DNA of 43,375 bases from Deltaproteobacteria bacterium (GCA_021163285.1 JAGGXA010000028.1:1-43375); one strand, 5' to 3'; numbered from the stretch's first letter, positions 9,086 through 20,100 are shown. Translations and numbers: made by a program. Notes: a model not told the origin generated them from the sequence alone.

Positions 9086-11410
9086 TTACGCCTCTGCCTG
9101 AATCGCAAAAGCAGGCTCTTTTTGAAATGAATTCAGTCCCATGTATCTCATGATAAAAAATGCCGCGCCGAAAATAACGAGTAATAAAACAGTCCAGGCA
9201 AGCGAAGAAGCCGGATGATGTCCTATTGTTCCAATTTGATAGAAAAGTGTCGATGCCATATAAGCAAGACCTGTTGTCCAGCCCCCGACAAAGAGCGTCC
9301 ATTTTAGAGTGGTTTCGCGATAAACCGCAGCAATGGCGGCCACACATGGAAAATAGAGCAGGATAAAGAGAAGGTAGGCAAAAGCCCCGACCTTGCCGTC
9401 AAACAGGCTTGCCATGGTACCGAAGATCCCCTCGCTTACGCCCTGTTCTTCTGCTGCAACGTCCATGTCATTCACGTCGCCTACTGAGAGCCCCAGGGGA
9501 TCCATCATTGTACCTGCAACGCCGGCCAGATTTTCAGGAATGGAGACAAAAGATTCTTTTATTCCGCTCCAGAAGTCAAAGGTATCTTCTTCTCCTTCTT
9601 CAACTGTGGTAACCTCAAGCTGAGTATACATTGAGTTCAGGGTTCCCACAACAGCCTCTTTCGCAAATATTCCTGTAAAAATTCCAACAGTAGCCGGCCA
9701 GTTATCCTCCTGAATTCCCATGGGGGTGAAAACCGGCGTGATCGATTTTCCGATATAGCTCAATACCGCATTGTCCGTATCATCATTTCCAAAAGTGCCG
9801 TCGATTCCCATGGAGTTCAGGAAACTTAAGACCACCACCACAGGGATAATTACCTTGCCTGCCCGGAAAATGAAGGCTTTTAACCGGTCCCAGGCCCTGA
9901 TAAGCACACCCCTCACCGTGGGCATATGATAAGGAGGAAGTTCCATAATAAAGGGGCTGATATCTCCTTTAAGAAGTGTGTGCTTCAAAACAAGCCCTGT
10001 AAGTACCGCAAAACCTATCCCTGTCAGATAGAGACCGAATACCAGGTTCTGCCCGCCGGTGGGAAAAAAGGCCGCGGCGAAAAGGGCATACACGGGCAGG
10101 CGCGCGCCGCATGACATAAATGGATTCATCATAATGGTGAGTGTGCGATCACGCTGGTTTTCCAAAGTGCGGGTTGCCATAATAGCAGGCACGTTACAAC
10201 CGAATCCGACAAGCATGGGGACGAAAGATTTACCCGGCAATCCGACAACTTTCATGAACCGGTCCATAACAAAGGCTGCCCGTGCCATGTAGCCGGAATC
10301 CTCCAGGAAAGAAAGGCAGAGAAACATGAATCCTATGGGAGGGATAAATGTGGCGATAGTCTGAATACCGCCGCCTAAACCTCCGGCCAGGATGGCATTC
10401 ATCCAGTCAGGCACACCAACGGCTGCAAGCAGCTCCCCAAAGCCATCGACAAAAATGGTGCCGGTAAAGATATCAAAAAAGTCGATAAAAGCGCCTCCCA
10501 CGTTAATAGTAAGCATGAACATCAGGTACATAACAACGAGAAAAATGGGTATCCCCAGGGCGCGATTCAGTACAATATGGTCAATCCTGTCGGATGCTGT
10601 TCTGTTTAGCAACGTACCTTTTTTAACGGTGTTCCTGATCAGGTCTTTGATCATTTCATAACGGCTGCCGGCAATCAGAATATCCATTTCTTCGCCAAAC
10701 TTGTCCTCGACTTCCTTTCCCCGACGTTTAAGGATTTCATCCGCGGCGTTACCCACGAGTCCGGAGATAAGCGAATCGCCTTCAAGAAGCTTTAGCGCAG
10801 CCCAGTCCGAAGGCATCTTTTTCATATCGGCCTGATTGTTGATCAAAGGCGCCAGTTCATTTACAGTTTCCCTGATTTCAACAGGATAGCTCACTCCGAC
10901 GCCTGAAATGTCTTTTTCAGCGGCTGCAACATTTATCATTGATTTAAGGTCTTCAATTCCTTGATTTTTAGAGGCAGTAACAGGCACAATCGGACATTCA
11001 AGGTTTTTTGCGAGTTCTTGAATATTGATGTTGATTTTTTTGTTCTTTGCAATATCCATCATATTGAGCGCCATGACGATCGGTATCTTCATTTCAAAGA
11101 GCTGAAGACTTAGATAAAGATTCCTTTCAAGATTGGATGCATCGAGGATGTTAACAATGAGGTCCGGCTCACCGGAAATGATATAATCCCTCGCCACCTC
11201 TTCATCGAGAGATGCAGCAGAGAGGGAATAGATGCCTGGAAGGTCAATCACTTCAATCTCTTTCCCGTCATGAGTATACTCACCGGACTTGCGTTCTACC
11301 GTAACACCCGGCCAGTTTCCCACATGCTGCTTTGCTCCCGTAAGGGCATTAAACAGTGTGGTCTTGCCGCAATTAGGGTTACCCACGACCCCTATTATAA
11401 AATCTTTCAT
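9086..11410 (-). CDS. feoB: Ferrous iron transporter FeoB
   Basis: 774 aa. N-terminal G domain (GNPNCGKTTLFNALTG, DLPGIYSL) followed by a polytopic membrane domain. Confidence 0.95.
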   Translation of the reverse strand: MKDFIIGVVGNPNCGKTTLFNALTGAKQHVGNWPGVTVERKSGEYTHDGKEIEVIDLPGIYSLSAASLDEEVARDYIISGEPDLIVNILDASNLERNLYLSLQLFEMKIPIVMALNMMDIAKNKKININIQELAKNLECPIVPVTASKNQGIEDLKSMINVAAAEKDISGVGVSYPVEIRETVNELAPLINNQADMKKMPSDWAALKLLEGDSLISGLVGNAADEILKRRGKEVEDKFGEEMDILIAGSRYEMIKDLIRNTVKKGTLLNRTASDRIDHIVLNRALGIPIFLVVMYLMFMLTINVGGAFIDFFDIFTGTIFVDGFGELLAAVGVPDWMNAILAGGLGGGIQTIATFIPPIGFMFLCLSFLEDSGYMARAAFVMDRFMKVVGLPGKSFVPMLVGFGCNVPAIMATRTLENQRDRTLTIMMNPFMSCGARLPVYALFAAAFFPTGGQNLVFGLYLTGIGFAVLTGLVLKHTLLKGDISPFIMELPPYHMPTVRGVLIRAWDRLKAFIFRAGKVIIPVVVVLSFLNSMGIDGTFGNDDTDNAVLSYIGKSITPVFTPMGIQEDNWPATVGIFTGIFAKEAVVGTLNSMYTQLEVTTVEEGEEDTFDFWSGIKESFVSIPENLAGVAGTMMDPLGLSVGDVNDMDVAAEEQGVSEGIFGTMASLFDGKVGAFAYLLFILLYFPCVAAIAAVYRETTLKWTLFVGGWTTGLAYMASTLFYQIGTIGHHPASSLAWTVLLLVIFGAAFFIMRYMGLNSFQKEPAFAIQAEA

Positions 11411-11412
11411 TT

Positions 11413-11652
11413 TTATCCCTCCTTTTTCACCATAATTGCTGCTGCCTCATCTTTTCTCAGACTCAAGGAAAATCCCCGTACATTTATTTCAACAGGATCG
11501 CCGAGAGGCGCCGTACGTTTCACGGTAAATTCCGTGCCGCGGGTAAGACCCATGGCAAGCAGCTTTTGCCTGTAGGCCGTTGCCCCCTTTACAAATCCGT
11601 TTACCGTGCCTTTTTCTCCTATACTCAAATCTCCCAGGCTTTTTGTTTCCAT
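11413..11652 (-). CDS. feoA: FeoA family iron transport protein
   Basis: 79 aa. SH3-like FeoA pattern (RQKLLAMGLTRGTEFTVKRTAPLGDPVEINVRGFSLSLRKDEAAAI). Its stop lies 2 nt before the feoB start. Confidence 0.85.
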   Translation of the reverse strand: METKSLGDLSIGEKGTVNGFVKGATAYRQKLLAMGLTRGTEFTVKRTAPLGDPVEINVRGFSLSLRKDEAAAIMVKKEG

Positions 11653-11886
11653 CTTTTTCCTCCGCGTATAATCACAATAATGATGTTATGGTATCCAATA
11701 TTTATCTGAGTAACTTCCAATATTAGGTATAATTAATCAGGTTATAGCATTATTATGTAATTAGATATGCGAAACAAATATATTAGTCAAGAAAAAAATC
11801 CGGATTTCAAAATAAAAGCCCGTCTTTAAAAAGGTCTAAACAGTGATTTTTAAATGAATCAGATCTTTTCAAAAATCAATATCTAT

Positions 11887-12387
11887 TGTAAAATTGTATA
11901 CCAGGTTGACAGACCTGATACGATCTACAAGCGGCCGGCGGATATATTTGTGGCAACATTTATAGTCTCTCCGGCAATGAACATTTTTAAAGGAGAATTG
12001 TTCAGGGAAAACAAACGACTAATATTTCATAACGAAGAGATTTCCTTTGATGTCGGGCACATACCCTCTTTTCCTGAAAATTCCGAAGTGCATGCAGATA
12101 TTCGCCCTGAGGATATCAATATTGGCCGGGATTCAGATAATATCATTTATGCCGAGGTCGAAATGGTCAGTGATTTGGGGGCGCACAAGTATATCCATTG
12201 CCGGCTCGGTAAAACCGGTATTACGGTCAGAGCTTCAAAAGACGCCAATTTTCCCCCTGGCGAAGTTATGCCGCTTATAATCGATCCCTTAAGACTTCAT
12301 CTTTTTTACAAAGAGCAGGATTTAGATGGAAGGCAAACGTTCATCAGCGCCCATCTGCACACGCTCAGAGCAAGCGGCATGGTTTAA
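11887..12387 (+). pseudogene. 5'-truncated MalK/UgpC-type ABC ATPase remnant (only the C-terminal regulatory/TOBE-like part remains)
   Basis: The translation IYKRPADIFVATFIVSPAMNIF matches the segment that ends the ATPase domain of MalK-type proteins. A beta-rich regulatory domain follows. Walker A, the Q-loop, the signature motif and Walker B are all absent upstream, where the sequence is the AT-rich feoA promoter region. There is no SD before the ATG at 11854. Confidence 0.6.
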
Positions 12388-12391
12388 CTCT

Positions 12392-12579
12392 GAGGAACGA
12401 GGACAAATTAACTTCCCCAACTATGCATCACAGCTTCAGGCCATCCTTGCCCGATCTGAAAATACAAAAATCTTGAAATAGTCCACTATTCCTGCAACTT
12501 TTGTGCTTTTAGATCGAACAAACCTGATCTGAATCCGTGCGCCTTGCCCGGGGATGTTATTTTGTCCTCGTCCCTAAGG
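12392..12579. mobile_element. MITE-like element, family 2, long variant (copy A)
   Basis: Terminal inverted repeats GAGGAACGAGGACAAATTAACTTCCCC (12392-12418) and GGGGATGTTATTTTGTCCTCGTCCCTAAGG (12550-12579). The interior carries a nested palindrome at 12452-12516. Shorter copies lie at 17077-17150 and 36871-36949. Confidence 0.75.
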
Positions 12580-15500
12580 AATTACGAATTTTCAGAAATC
12601 TCTTCAGCCTGGTCTCAAGATCCGCCTCCCAGCCGCCTTGATATACGATTAAAGAAGAGATCTCACTTGCCAGAATCGCACACTTAATTTTTTCCGGCAG
12701 CTTTTTTACACGACCCCTGTACTTCCTGCTTTTCATTATAAGGGGCGGAAGGTGATTTAAGAGAGTATCAAGGAAGACAGGCTGATCTAATAATTCTTGC
12801 CGCTCCTTAAAAAAATTAAACAGATTTGCGTAATGTTCATTAATTTCCATGCTGATGGATCTGCTTATTTCCGTATAAAGCCGAGCTCCCCCATTCTCCC
12901 TATATCGCCTGAAGATCAGATTCGCTTCATCTTCGACCCTCTTTTCAAGGATATTGAGCACATCTTGAACATAAGCCTCTTTTTGATCAAGGAATTCCTT
13001 TTCCGTCATAAGCAGGTTGGCGATAATCTCATATGAAGAGGAAATCACACCGCATTTGTTGGCTGATGCGTCCCTGAGGATTACCACCCCTTTTTTCTGG
13101 AGTTTTTCACGGGCAAAAGGGGTGATAAATGAATTGGCGCCTTCCGAAATAACTCTCGCAGTCGGAGTTCCATCCCCGCTCAACAAGTTTTGCCAGTTAT
13201 TTTTATCTATGGTCTCAGGTCTGCCTCCGCAGGGAAGGAAAAGATCCGCTGAAACCGAAAATATAAGGTCGTCAAATTCCCTGTAAAACTCATCTTCCGT
13301 TATCCATTCTTCTTTCAGTTCAGTGCTTGTCCGGCTGATCTTTCTGTAAAGTTCCCGCAGGCCGTCACGCCTTCGTTCCTTTCTGAAAAGTATGAATCCT
13401 CCCGGATGAAGGGCCTCGGGATCGAAATCAACTACATCATGTTTCAGGATCAGTTCCGATAGAGCGTTCCTGTCAGTTCCTTCAGGGTCATACAGCGCCC
13501 CCGTTCCTGCCACAATACTCAGGATTTTTGCGCGAGGAGAACGCTCCAGCAACAGACGCAGGCAATTCCCGGCTACGTCCCCGTTGGTTCCGCCCGTGAT
13601 CTTTACGGTAAATGAGTCCTGATCCGTTTGAATACCGAGTTCTTTCATGGCGATCTCCGCAAACTTGATCACTCCCCTTGAGGTAACTCCATACTCCTTG
13701 TGATTGATGCCTGCCCGTTTGCTCGACATGATACCGATGCCCAGGATATACCCTCGTTTTACAGACTGCTTTGCAATATACTCGATCATATCGTCATGCA
13801 TGTTTTCGTCCGGCCCCAGTTCAATTGCCTCATCATCACCGTAATAATCCACAACATTACGGTTTTTTGCGGTACCGTTTTTTGTTACGAAGATATCGAG
13901 AAAGGAATTGTTGATGCCGAACTGGACCTTGTTCAGCCTCTGCCGAACCGAGGCAGGCGAATCGCAGCCTCCAGCGTCAACAACAACGGTCAGTTTGGAA
14001 CCGCCTTCATAAATATCCTTGTTTTTGAGGTGCTGAGTATGCGCGAGGACAAAGACTTCCCGAAAGAGTGTATTTATGTTTGTGGTATATTCATCATGAG
14101 TGGTGCAGATAACAGTGCGCCATCCGCCTCTTGCTATATCCGAAAATCCTATATGGTAACCGACACTGTAACGGCTGAAGAAAAAAGTAACCCGGAAAGG
14201 AGTTCCCGGCGGAAGATCGGAGGTAAATTCTTCGCCTATTTCCTCAAGATAGCAAGGGTCCAGACGAAAGGCGAGTGCATGCTTTTCAGGTACAAAAAAA
14301 TTGGTTTTCAGTGTATGGCGAATCATTAAAAGAGAAGTGCGAAAAATTGTTTTACGAATTTCATCGAGGTATTTATGGCCTGTATTATAACCTTGAATGG
14401 CCTTGAGAATATTCTTTTCAGATTCGTTATATGCGTTATCCCGATCTTTAATATCCGGGTCAAATTTTTGTCTGAAAGTATTGATTAGTCTTAAGGTCAT
14501 ATCCGGATCGGAATAAAAAGCGCTCTTGATCATGTCCAGGGCAAACCTGTCAGGCTCGTTGTGTGCAAGGCCGGTGTGGCAAAAGGCTATAAACGCATTG
14601 CTCAGGGATGCCTCTTCCCCGGTCATAATACGATTTGCCACAAAATTGACATAAGTGGTTCTCGAAGTAGACAGGATCTGTGTGTTGTATAATTCCTTCT
14701 TGAGTTTGAGGAATAAGTCCGAACCCGTATCCAATACATCCGTTCCGTGGGGCAAGACGTAAAATATCCCTAAAAAGTATGGGTGGACTCCTGTGCTGAT
14801 ATTGAGGTTGTAAGAACTCCTGACCCCAATATTCAGCCGCTGGAAAACTTCGCTTACCTGGGTCATAAATCCTTTCTGAGGAGGATTGCCCACGGAGAAG
14901 AAAAGGCGTATTGATTCACTGTGACGCGATAAACTCACAGGCCTTTCCACATCGACAAATAGCCCATCATGTTTTATCCCCTGCTGAAAGACCCACATAA
15001 GCCTTGCAATCCAGTCGAGAGGTGAAATACGCACGTATTTTTCATTATTATGCCAGATAAGACCGAGTATCCTGTCAAATTCCCTGAAGTCGAAAGATGG
15101 GTACAGGGTCTTCATAAAAGACGTGATCCTGGTTTTTATCCTTCCGGGTATTACAGCCTTTTTTGCTCCGGCAATCTCTTCATGGCTTTTTCGCTCAAAC
15201 TCATACTTCTGAATTTCAAGATCCCTGTCTGAGCCGGGTATTGGTGAATACGAGTGAATCAGCTCTGCATAGGAAATATCCTGCTCTTTTAATTCATTAA
15301 GGGTTTCATAGAGGGAGCCGGGAATATCCTGGCGCGCTACAATGTACTTTTTTTCCTGATCCGCAAGTATGACCTTATGTTGATTGGGCACGTCATGAAG
15401 ATACATTGCCAGGCTGGTGATTGCAGAGGGTTCCTCTTTCATGGTAATAAAAAAAGATGGGTGCAGATTGGCATATAACCAGTCCAGATTTTTCCCGGCC

Positions 15501-15712
15501 TTGCGGCATTGAACGTCAAAAGATTCCATGATCTGCCTGTAAAAACCGTCATGCTCTGTTTCCTGTTTATGACGAGCCTCTTTTTCCGTGTCTTTGGGAT
15601 GAATTTTAGTGGTGTTAACCATTTTTTGATCTCTCCTGTGATAAAATCTGATCAGCGCCCGAACGGTAAGCTGAAATTGCTGTATTTCCGGTAGTTTAAG
15701 AATGTTTTCCAA
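12557..15712 (-). CDS. Large NAD-specific glutamate dehydrogenase-like protein (GDH2 / Bac_GDH superfamily)
   Basis: 1051 aa. The central and C-terminal region shows the pattern I recall from large GDHs: ELGPDENM, GINHKEYGVTSRGV, ITGGTNGDVAGN (dinucleotide loop), LYDPEG and EGANSFITP. The last 6-7 codons and the stop lie inside the family 2 repeat. Confidence 0.6.
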   Translation of the reverse strand: MENILKLPEIQQFQLTVRALIRFYHRRDQKMVNTTKIHPKDTEKEARHKQETEHDGFYRQIMESFDVQCRKAGKNLDWLYANLHPSFFITMKEEPSAITSLAMYLHDVPNQHKVILADQEKKYIVARQDIPGSLYETLNELKEQDISYAELIHSYSPIPGSDRDLEIQKYEFERKSHEEIAGAKKAVIPGRIKTRITSFMKTLYPSFDFREFDRILGLIWHNNEKYVRISPLDWIARLMWVFQQGIKHDGLFVDVERPVSLSRHSESIRLFFSVGNPPQKGFMTQVSEVFQRLNIGVRSSYNLNISTGVHPYFLGIFYVLPHGTDVLDTGSDLFLKLKKELYNTQILSTSRTTYVNFVANRIMTGEEASLSNAFIAFCHTGLAHNEPDRFALDMIKSAFYSDPDMTLRLINTFRQKFDPDIKDRDNAYNESEKNILKAIQGYNTGHKYLDEIRKTIFRTSLLMIRHTLKTNFFVPEKHALAFRLDPCYLEEIGEEFTSDLPPGTPFRVTFFFSRYSVGYHIGFSDIARGGWRTVICTTHDEYTTNINTLFREVFVLAHTQHLKNKDIYEGGSKLTVVVDAGGCDSPASVRQRLNKVQFGINNSFLDIFVTKNGTAKNRNVVDYYGDDEAIELGPDENMHDDMIEYIAKQSVKRGYILGIGIMSSKRAGINHKEYGVTSRGVIKFAEIAMKELGIQTDQDSFTVKITGGTNGDVAGNCLRLLLERSPRAKILSIVAGTGALYDPEGTDRNALSELILKHDVVDFDPEALHPGGFILFRKERRRDGLRELYRKISRTSTELKEEWITEDEFYREFDDLIFSVSADLFLPCGGRPETIDKNNWQNLLSGDGTPTARVISEGANSFITPFAREKLQKKGVVILRDASANKCGVISSSYEIIANLLMTEKEFLDQKEAYVQDVLNILEKRVEDEANLIFRRYRENGGARLYTEISRSISMEINEHYANLFNFFKERQELLDQPVFLDTLLNHLPPLIMKSRKYRGRVKKLPEKIKCAILASEISSLIVYQGGWEADLETRLKRFLKIRNSLGTRTK

Positions 15713-15730
15713 ATCGAAGTTTTTGAGCCA

Positions 15731-15789
15731 TTAGGGAACTGGAAGGAAATAATCTGCGCGATATGCGTAGATTATTTCCTGTAAGGGAC
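15731..15789. repeat. Palindromic repeat family 5, short hairpin variant
   Basis: TTAGGGAACTGGAAGGAAATAATCTGCGC-GAT-ATGCGTAGATTATTTCCTGTAAGGGAC. The arms match those at 993-1154. It lies 19 nt upstream of the GDH start. Confidence 0.7.
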
Positions 15790-15848
15790 TTTACTGAAAA
15801 TATTCTACCCTCTGTAAATAAAATTCATCTGTCAACATTTCGACCTGT

Positions 15849-15872
15849 AGAGACGATGCATGCATCGTCTCT
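15849..15872. repeat. Perfect 24-bp palindrome AGAGACGATGCA|TGCATCGTCTCT
   Basis: Exact reverse-complement symmetry checked by hand. It lies in the 564-bp GDH/livF divergent intergenic region. Confidence 0.8.
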
Positions 15873-16276
15873 GTCCCGGTGGCAATAAACCCGATGGAAC
15901 GTTCAAAAATGGCAAAGGCGTAAGGGATTCCCTTACAAAAAAAGAGATGAAATCCTATGAGAGCAAAATTTAACGTTCAAAGTCACTGCCTAAATGGGAT
16001 GTTCTCAATATTGACTCTGACCGAATTTTTCATTATATACCAAATTCAAGGCTTGACAACAACTTCATTTCCCGTAAATTTGTACCCTTGGTGAATGGCT
16101 GCCTGTTTTCTGATTTCAACGTTACGTGAACCGTGGCCGGGGAATTGGTTCGAGATGAGATAGCCAAAGGCTTGTTGTGCCTGTCCAATAAATCATTGTG
16201 TAATGGTCGAACGACTTGAATAATAAGGCTTTATACCTTAATCTGTTTAATTTATAATTTCCGGGGTCTGTTTGTA

Positions 16277-17080
16277 ATGAAAAATGACGCCGGATTATTG
16301 CTCAACAATATCAGTGTGGTCTGTTCTGATGTCATGCAGGTGCTTAAAGGTGTGTCACTTTTCATCAAAAAAGGTGATATTGTCTCTCTCCCGGGCAGTA
16401 ATGGCGCAGGTAAAACCACGACATTTAAGGCAATATCAGGCCTGCTCAAGCCTGAAAACGGCAGGGTTGCCGAGGGAAGCATTGAATATGACGGGAGGCC
16501 TGTCCAAAATTCAGCCGCTGAAGAGATTCCCCGCATGGGGATTATTCAGGCACTGGAAGGCAGGCAGGAGTTCAAATATCCTGCTATCGAAGAAAATTTA
16601 AGGGCAGGAACAGCTACCCGATGGGGCAAACCATACCGCAAAGACCTTGACATGGTTTACGATTATTTCCCGGCCCTGCTCAGACGAAAAAAAGCGCTTG
16701 CCGGTTATTGCAGCGGCGGGGAACTTCAGATGCTCGCAATAGGGAGGGTACTTATGGCTCATCCCGCGCTTTTGATGCCGGATGAGCTCCCTCTCGGTCT
16801 TGCTCCGTTTCTGGTAAAAGAGATATTTCAGATATTAAAAAGAATAAACCATGAGCATGGAACCACACTCATGATCGTTGAGCAAAACGCCAATATATCC
16901 CTCCAGATTGCCCATTATGGGTATGTGATGGAAAACGGCAAAATTGTTATGGAGAGTGATGCGGAAGGACTGTTTGCAAACCCGGATGTAAAGGAGTTTT
17001 ATCTCGGGACTTCTGCTTCAGGGGCGCTCAAATCCTGTAAAAACATAAAATCTTATAAACGCCGCAAACGCTGGTATTAG
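16277..17080 (+). CDS. LivF-type branched-chain amino acid ABC transporter ATP-binding protein (orphan)
   Basis: 267 aa. Walker A GSNGAGKTT, signature-like CSGGELQML, Walker B region LLMPDELPLGLAP, and VEQN. The basic tail KSYKRRKRWY is typical of one LivF subfamily as I recall it. No permease, LivG or binding-protein gene is adjacent. Confidence 0.8.
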   Translation: MKNDAGLLLNNISVVCSDVMQVLKGVSLFIKKGDIVSLPGSNGAGKTTTFKAISGLLKPENGRVAEGSIEYDGRPVQNSAAEEIPRMGIIQALEGRQEFKYPAIEENLRAGTATRWGKPYRKDLDMVYDYFPALLRRKKALAGYCSGGELQMLAIGRVLMAHPALLMPDELPLGLAPFLVKEIFQILKRINHEHGTTLMIVEQNANISLQIAHYGYVMENGKIVMESDAEGLFANPDVKEFYLGTSASGALKSCKNIKSYKRRKRWY

Positions 17081-17150
17081 GGGCGAGTACGAAATAACAT
17101 CCCCGGGCAGGCGCACGGATTTAGGGAAGTTAATTTGTCCTCGTTCCTTA
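17077..17150. mobile_element. MITE-like element, family 2, short variant (copy B, inverted relative to copy A)
   Basis: TTAGGGGCGAGTACGAAATAACATCCCC...GGGAAGTTAATTTGTCCTCGTTCCTTA. Its first bases (TAG, 17078-17080) are the stop codon of the livF-like gene. Confidence 0.75.
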
Positions 17151-17172
17151 GCCGGCATCTCAACAGGAAAAA

Positions 17173-20100
17173 ATGGACTCAGCAGATATATTCCGGCATG
17201 AAGATTCCTTTCATTTTATCAAACCTGATGATTTTGATTCTCTTGGAATTGATCCAGCGGATATCCCTGTTGGGACATTTCCTTCTCTAAAGCATCCATC
17301 CATGCTTCCAAGCAGGTTCGGCGGAAATGCCTATGGATTAGGCATGTTCGAACTCTATGACCGTTTAGGGCCTAACGACACTTCACTCCTCCAGTCCATC
17401 TCCTTTGATAATCCTGATGATCTAAGAAAAAACCATGGAACGCTCAATGAAATATTCAAAAAAATGAGCTTATTAATCAGGGTGTCAACCCTTGGAAAAC
17501 CTTATTATCTGATCCCCGCCCACCTGGTATCCAACTCCATCACCCATATTAAATCCAAAGTCGACGAAATCACGAAAATCATAACTTTTCACCGAAAAAA
17601 ATATTACAAAGAGTATAGCAATATCGGCCTGGTGATGCAGCAGGATGATCTGATCCTCCATGAAATATCGTTCCGGTTCAGAGAACACCGGTTTGTGGTA
17701 ATAGATTCTATTGAAAAATCCCGGACCATAACGCAGAGCCTGGACATGGTTATCCTGACAAAGGACATTTTTGAAATAATTCTCATGGAAAAGATCAGTA
17801 CCATTTCTCAGGAGATGGTAACGAAGAAGCGCCTGTATCAGTATTCAGTTTATCTCCTCTGGAAGATCTTCCGGATGTTAAAGCCTGATGGTGAGGTTTT
17901 TGTCATTTCTAACTGCTATACTCCTAAAACGAATCAAATCACCAAAGTTACCTTCAAGACGATTCAGGAAGAAAAAAATTTTCTTTTATTCACCCATATT
18001 TTCAAGACCAGAAAGAGGTACAAATTAAAAGACCGTTCTGCCAAAATCAATGTTTTCGACTTCCAGAAATATTTGAGCGGGGTTTATGTTGAACAGGAGG
18101 TTATTGATGAACTCCTCGGGGGGAAAGATTTGGATGATATGACCCTCAAACAGTTAAACAACCTGCCCTATATCAATTTTCAACTTACCGACTGGTCGCT
18201 CCTGAGTGATCAGGAAAGAACCTGGTCAAATCTTTTTTCCATTTATCTCGACAAGATATTCTTGAAACCCCTCGTGCCCAGGGCAGTAAAAGAGGACTGG
18301 AGGAAGAGGTTCTCATGTGCTGATTATACCCCTGAATACATGAAGATATACCTCGGACAGAAAAAACCTCTGAAGATCACTCTGGCCAAGATAATGAATG
18401 ACGTAGATAAATCAGGACTGGCCGGTTGCCCTATTGCCCTTTTGGCTGATTACAGGGATTCTTTTGAGTATGTGATAAAGACACTACGGGTAATAGAAGG
18501 GCTGAAAAAAGGGGCTTATCATGACTTGCCTCAACTTTATCTTGATCGCCTTAGACAGCCCCTGGAAAACAAGAGTAAAAGGTTCTCCTCACTCGAAGAT
18601 GTTATCAAACTCACAGGCAAGATCCGCAGGCTGGAAAAAATAAGTTCATATCTTAACCCGGATAATATTGAAAGTCCGCTTACAAAGGTCATTAAGAATT
18701 TGGAGTTCCTGACATTTTTTGGATTCAGCCATAATGAGTTAAAGGAAATTGTCTATATTATCATGGGCCACTCAACTCTTGAACGCATTATCTCCGGAAA
18801 AATAAATGAAATGGCGTTAAAACCTCTTTCAGACCTGGCCCGGAATTACAGTCCGGAGAAGGCAATTAATCTCCTCCGTTATTGCCTCCTGATGACCACG
18901 GCCGAAACCGAAGCATCGAGGTCTGCCGAACTGACCCCGGGACAGCTTGCCGAACTCTTTGATCTCTACGCATTAATCATCAGGGTCATAACCAATAGAG
19001 AACTCGATTGGGACAGTATCCTGGACGAAAAGATATCCGCCATGGGGGGGATACACAATAAGATAATTCGAAAGATTCTCATGATGATGAATTACCATGA
19101 ATTCCTTGATACCTGGCCTGATCTGGAGCAAAAGGGCGAGATGGAAAAAGAAGCATTAGCCGACTATAATGAGCAGCAACTGTTTAGAATAGAAAATGTC
19201 ATAAAACTTGTTAAAACTATTGACCGGTTTGAAGAGATATATCTAAAGTCAGACCCTCTGCAAATTTCTGTTTTTTACAGGAAGCTCCTTAAAATAGAAT
19301 TTCACGGGACAGGGCGCTTATTTGAAAGGATGGACAGCCGGCATGTTGTTATTCTTCTCTGGATGGCGGTAAACCTGGCGCAAGGCGGCGCAATTAATTT
19401 TAATCCCATTCTCTCCGATATAGAGGCAGGCCAGATTGATGAGTATATGAAAAAAATCGAACATGAGGCGCTGGCAATCAATACGGATTACCTTTATCTC
19501 GATTTTCTCAGGCAGTTCCAGGGGCAGCTCTACAGGCACGGAAAGTCATTTATCATTGGAACGGGCTTCCAGTTCAGAACTTCCTCTTTTAATCAGGCGC
19601 TGGAACTTACCTATATGGATATGGACAAGAATATTGATCTGTTAGATGTCTTGTCAAAAAAACTGGCAGGTTGCTTTATTTCCGAGATCAATACTGAAGA
19701 CCTTAAAAAAGTGGAATCCCTTTTTTCTAATCTGGAAAGCTTTTATCAGGGCCATCTCAGGCTTCTTAGGCATACGGATTCCCGTATAAAATTACCGGCA
19801 AGACAGAAACTGTGGTTTATAAAAATTAAGGATTTAAGAGAATTTTTAAGGTCAAATTTGCTGAACGTAATTTTCCGGCCTGAAGACGTGTATACTGATC
19901 TTGACCTGCTATTCCGACACACTCCGGCCATTCTGAATTTCATACTCCCTGAATTTACAGCTCTTCGGAATATCGACCTTTCCTTTCATCTCTATATGAA
20001 ACTGCCTGTTACCCATTACATCATGGCATCCGTCAGGAAGCTGCAGGCATTGATCAGGCGCAATAAGGAGAATTTTCAAGATGCACAATACCTGCATAGA

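Noticed and set aside
9015-9347. A 110-aa ORF overlaps the 3' end of feoB in another frame.
   Set aside because: It is almost entirely nested in the well-supported feoB reading frame, and its translation is Cys/Phe-rich nonsense.
11667-11689. An AT-rich TATAATCACAATAATGATGTTAT upstream of feoA looked like a possible Fur box.
   Set aside because: Only a partial match (AATGAT) to the GATAATGATAATCATTATC consensus is found in any register. That is not distinguishable from general AT-richness by eye.
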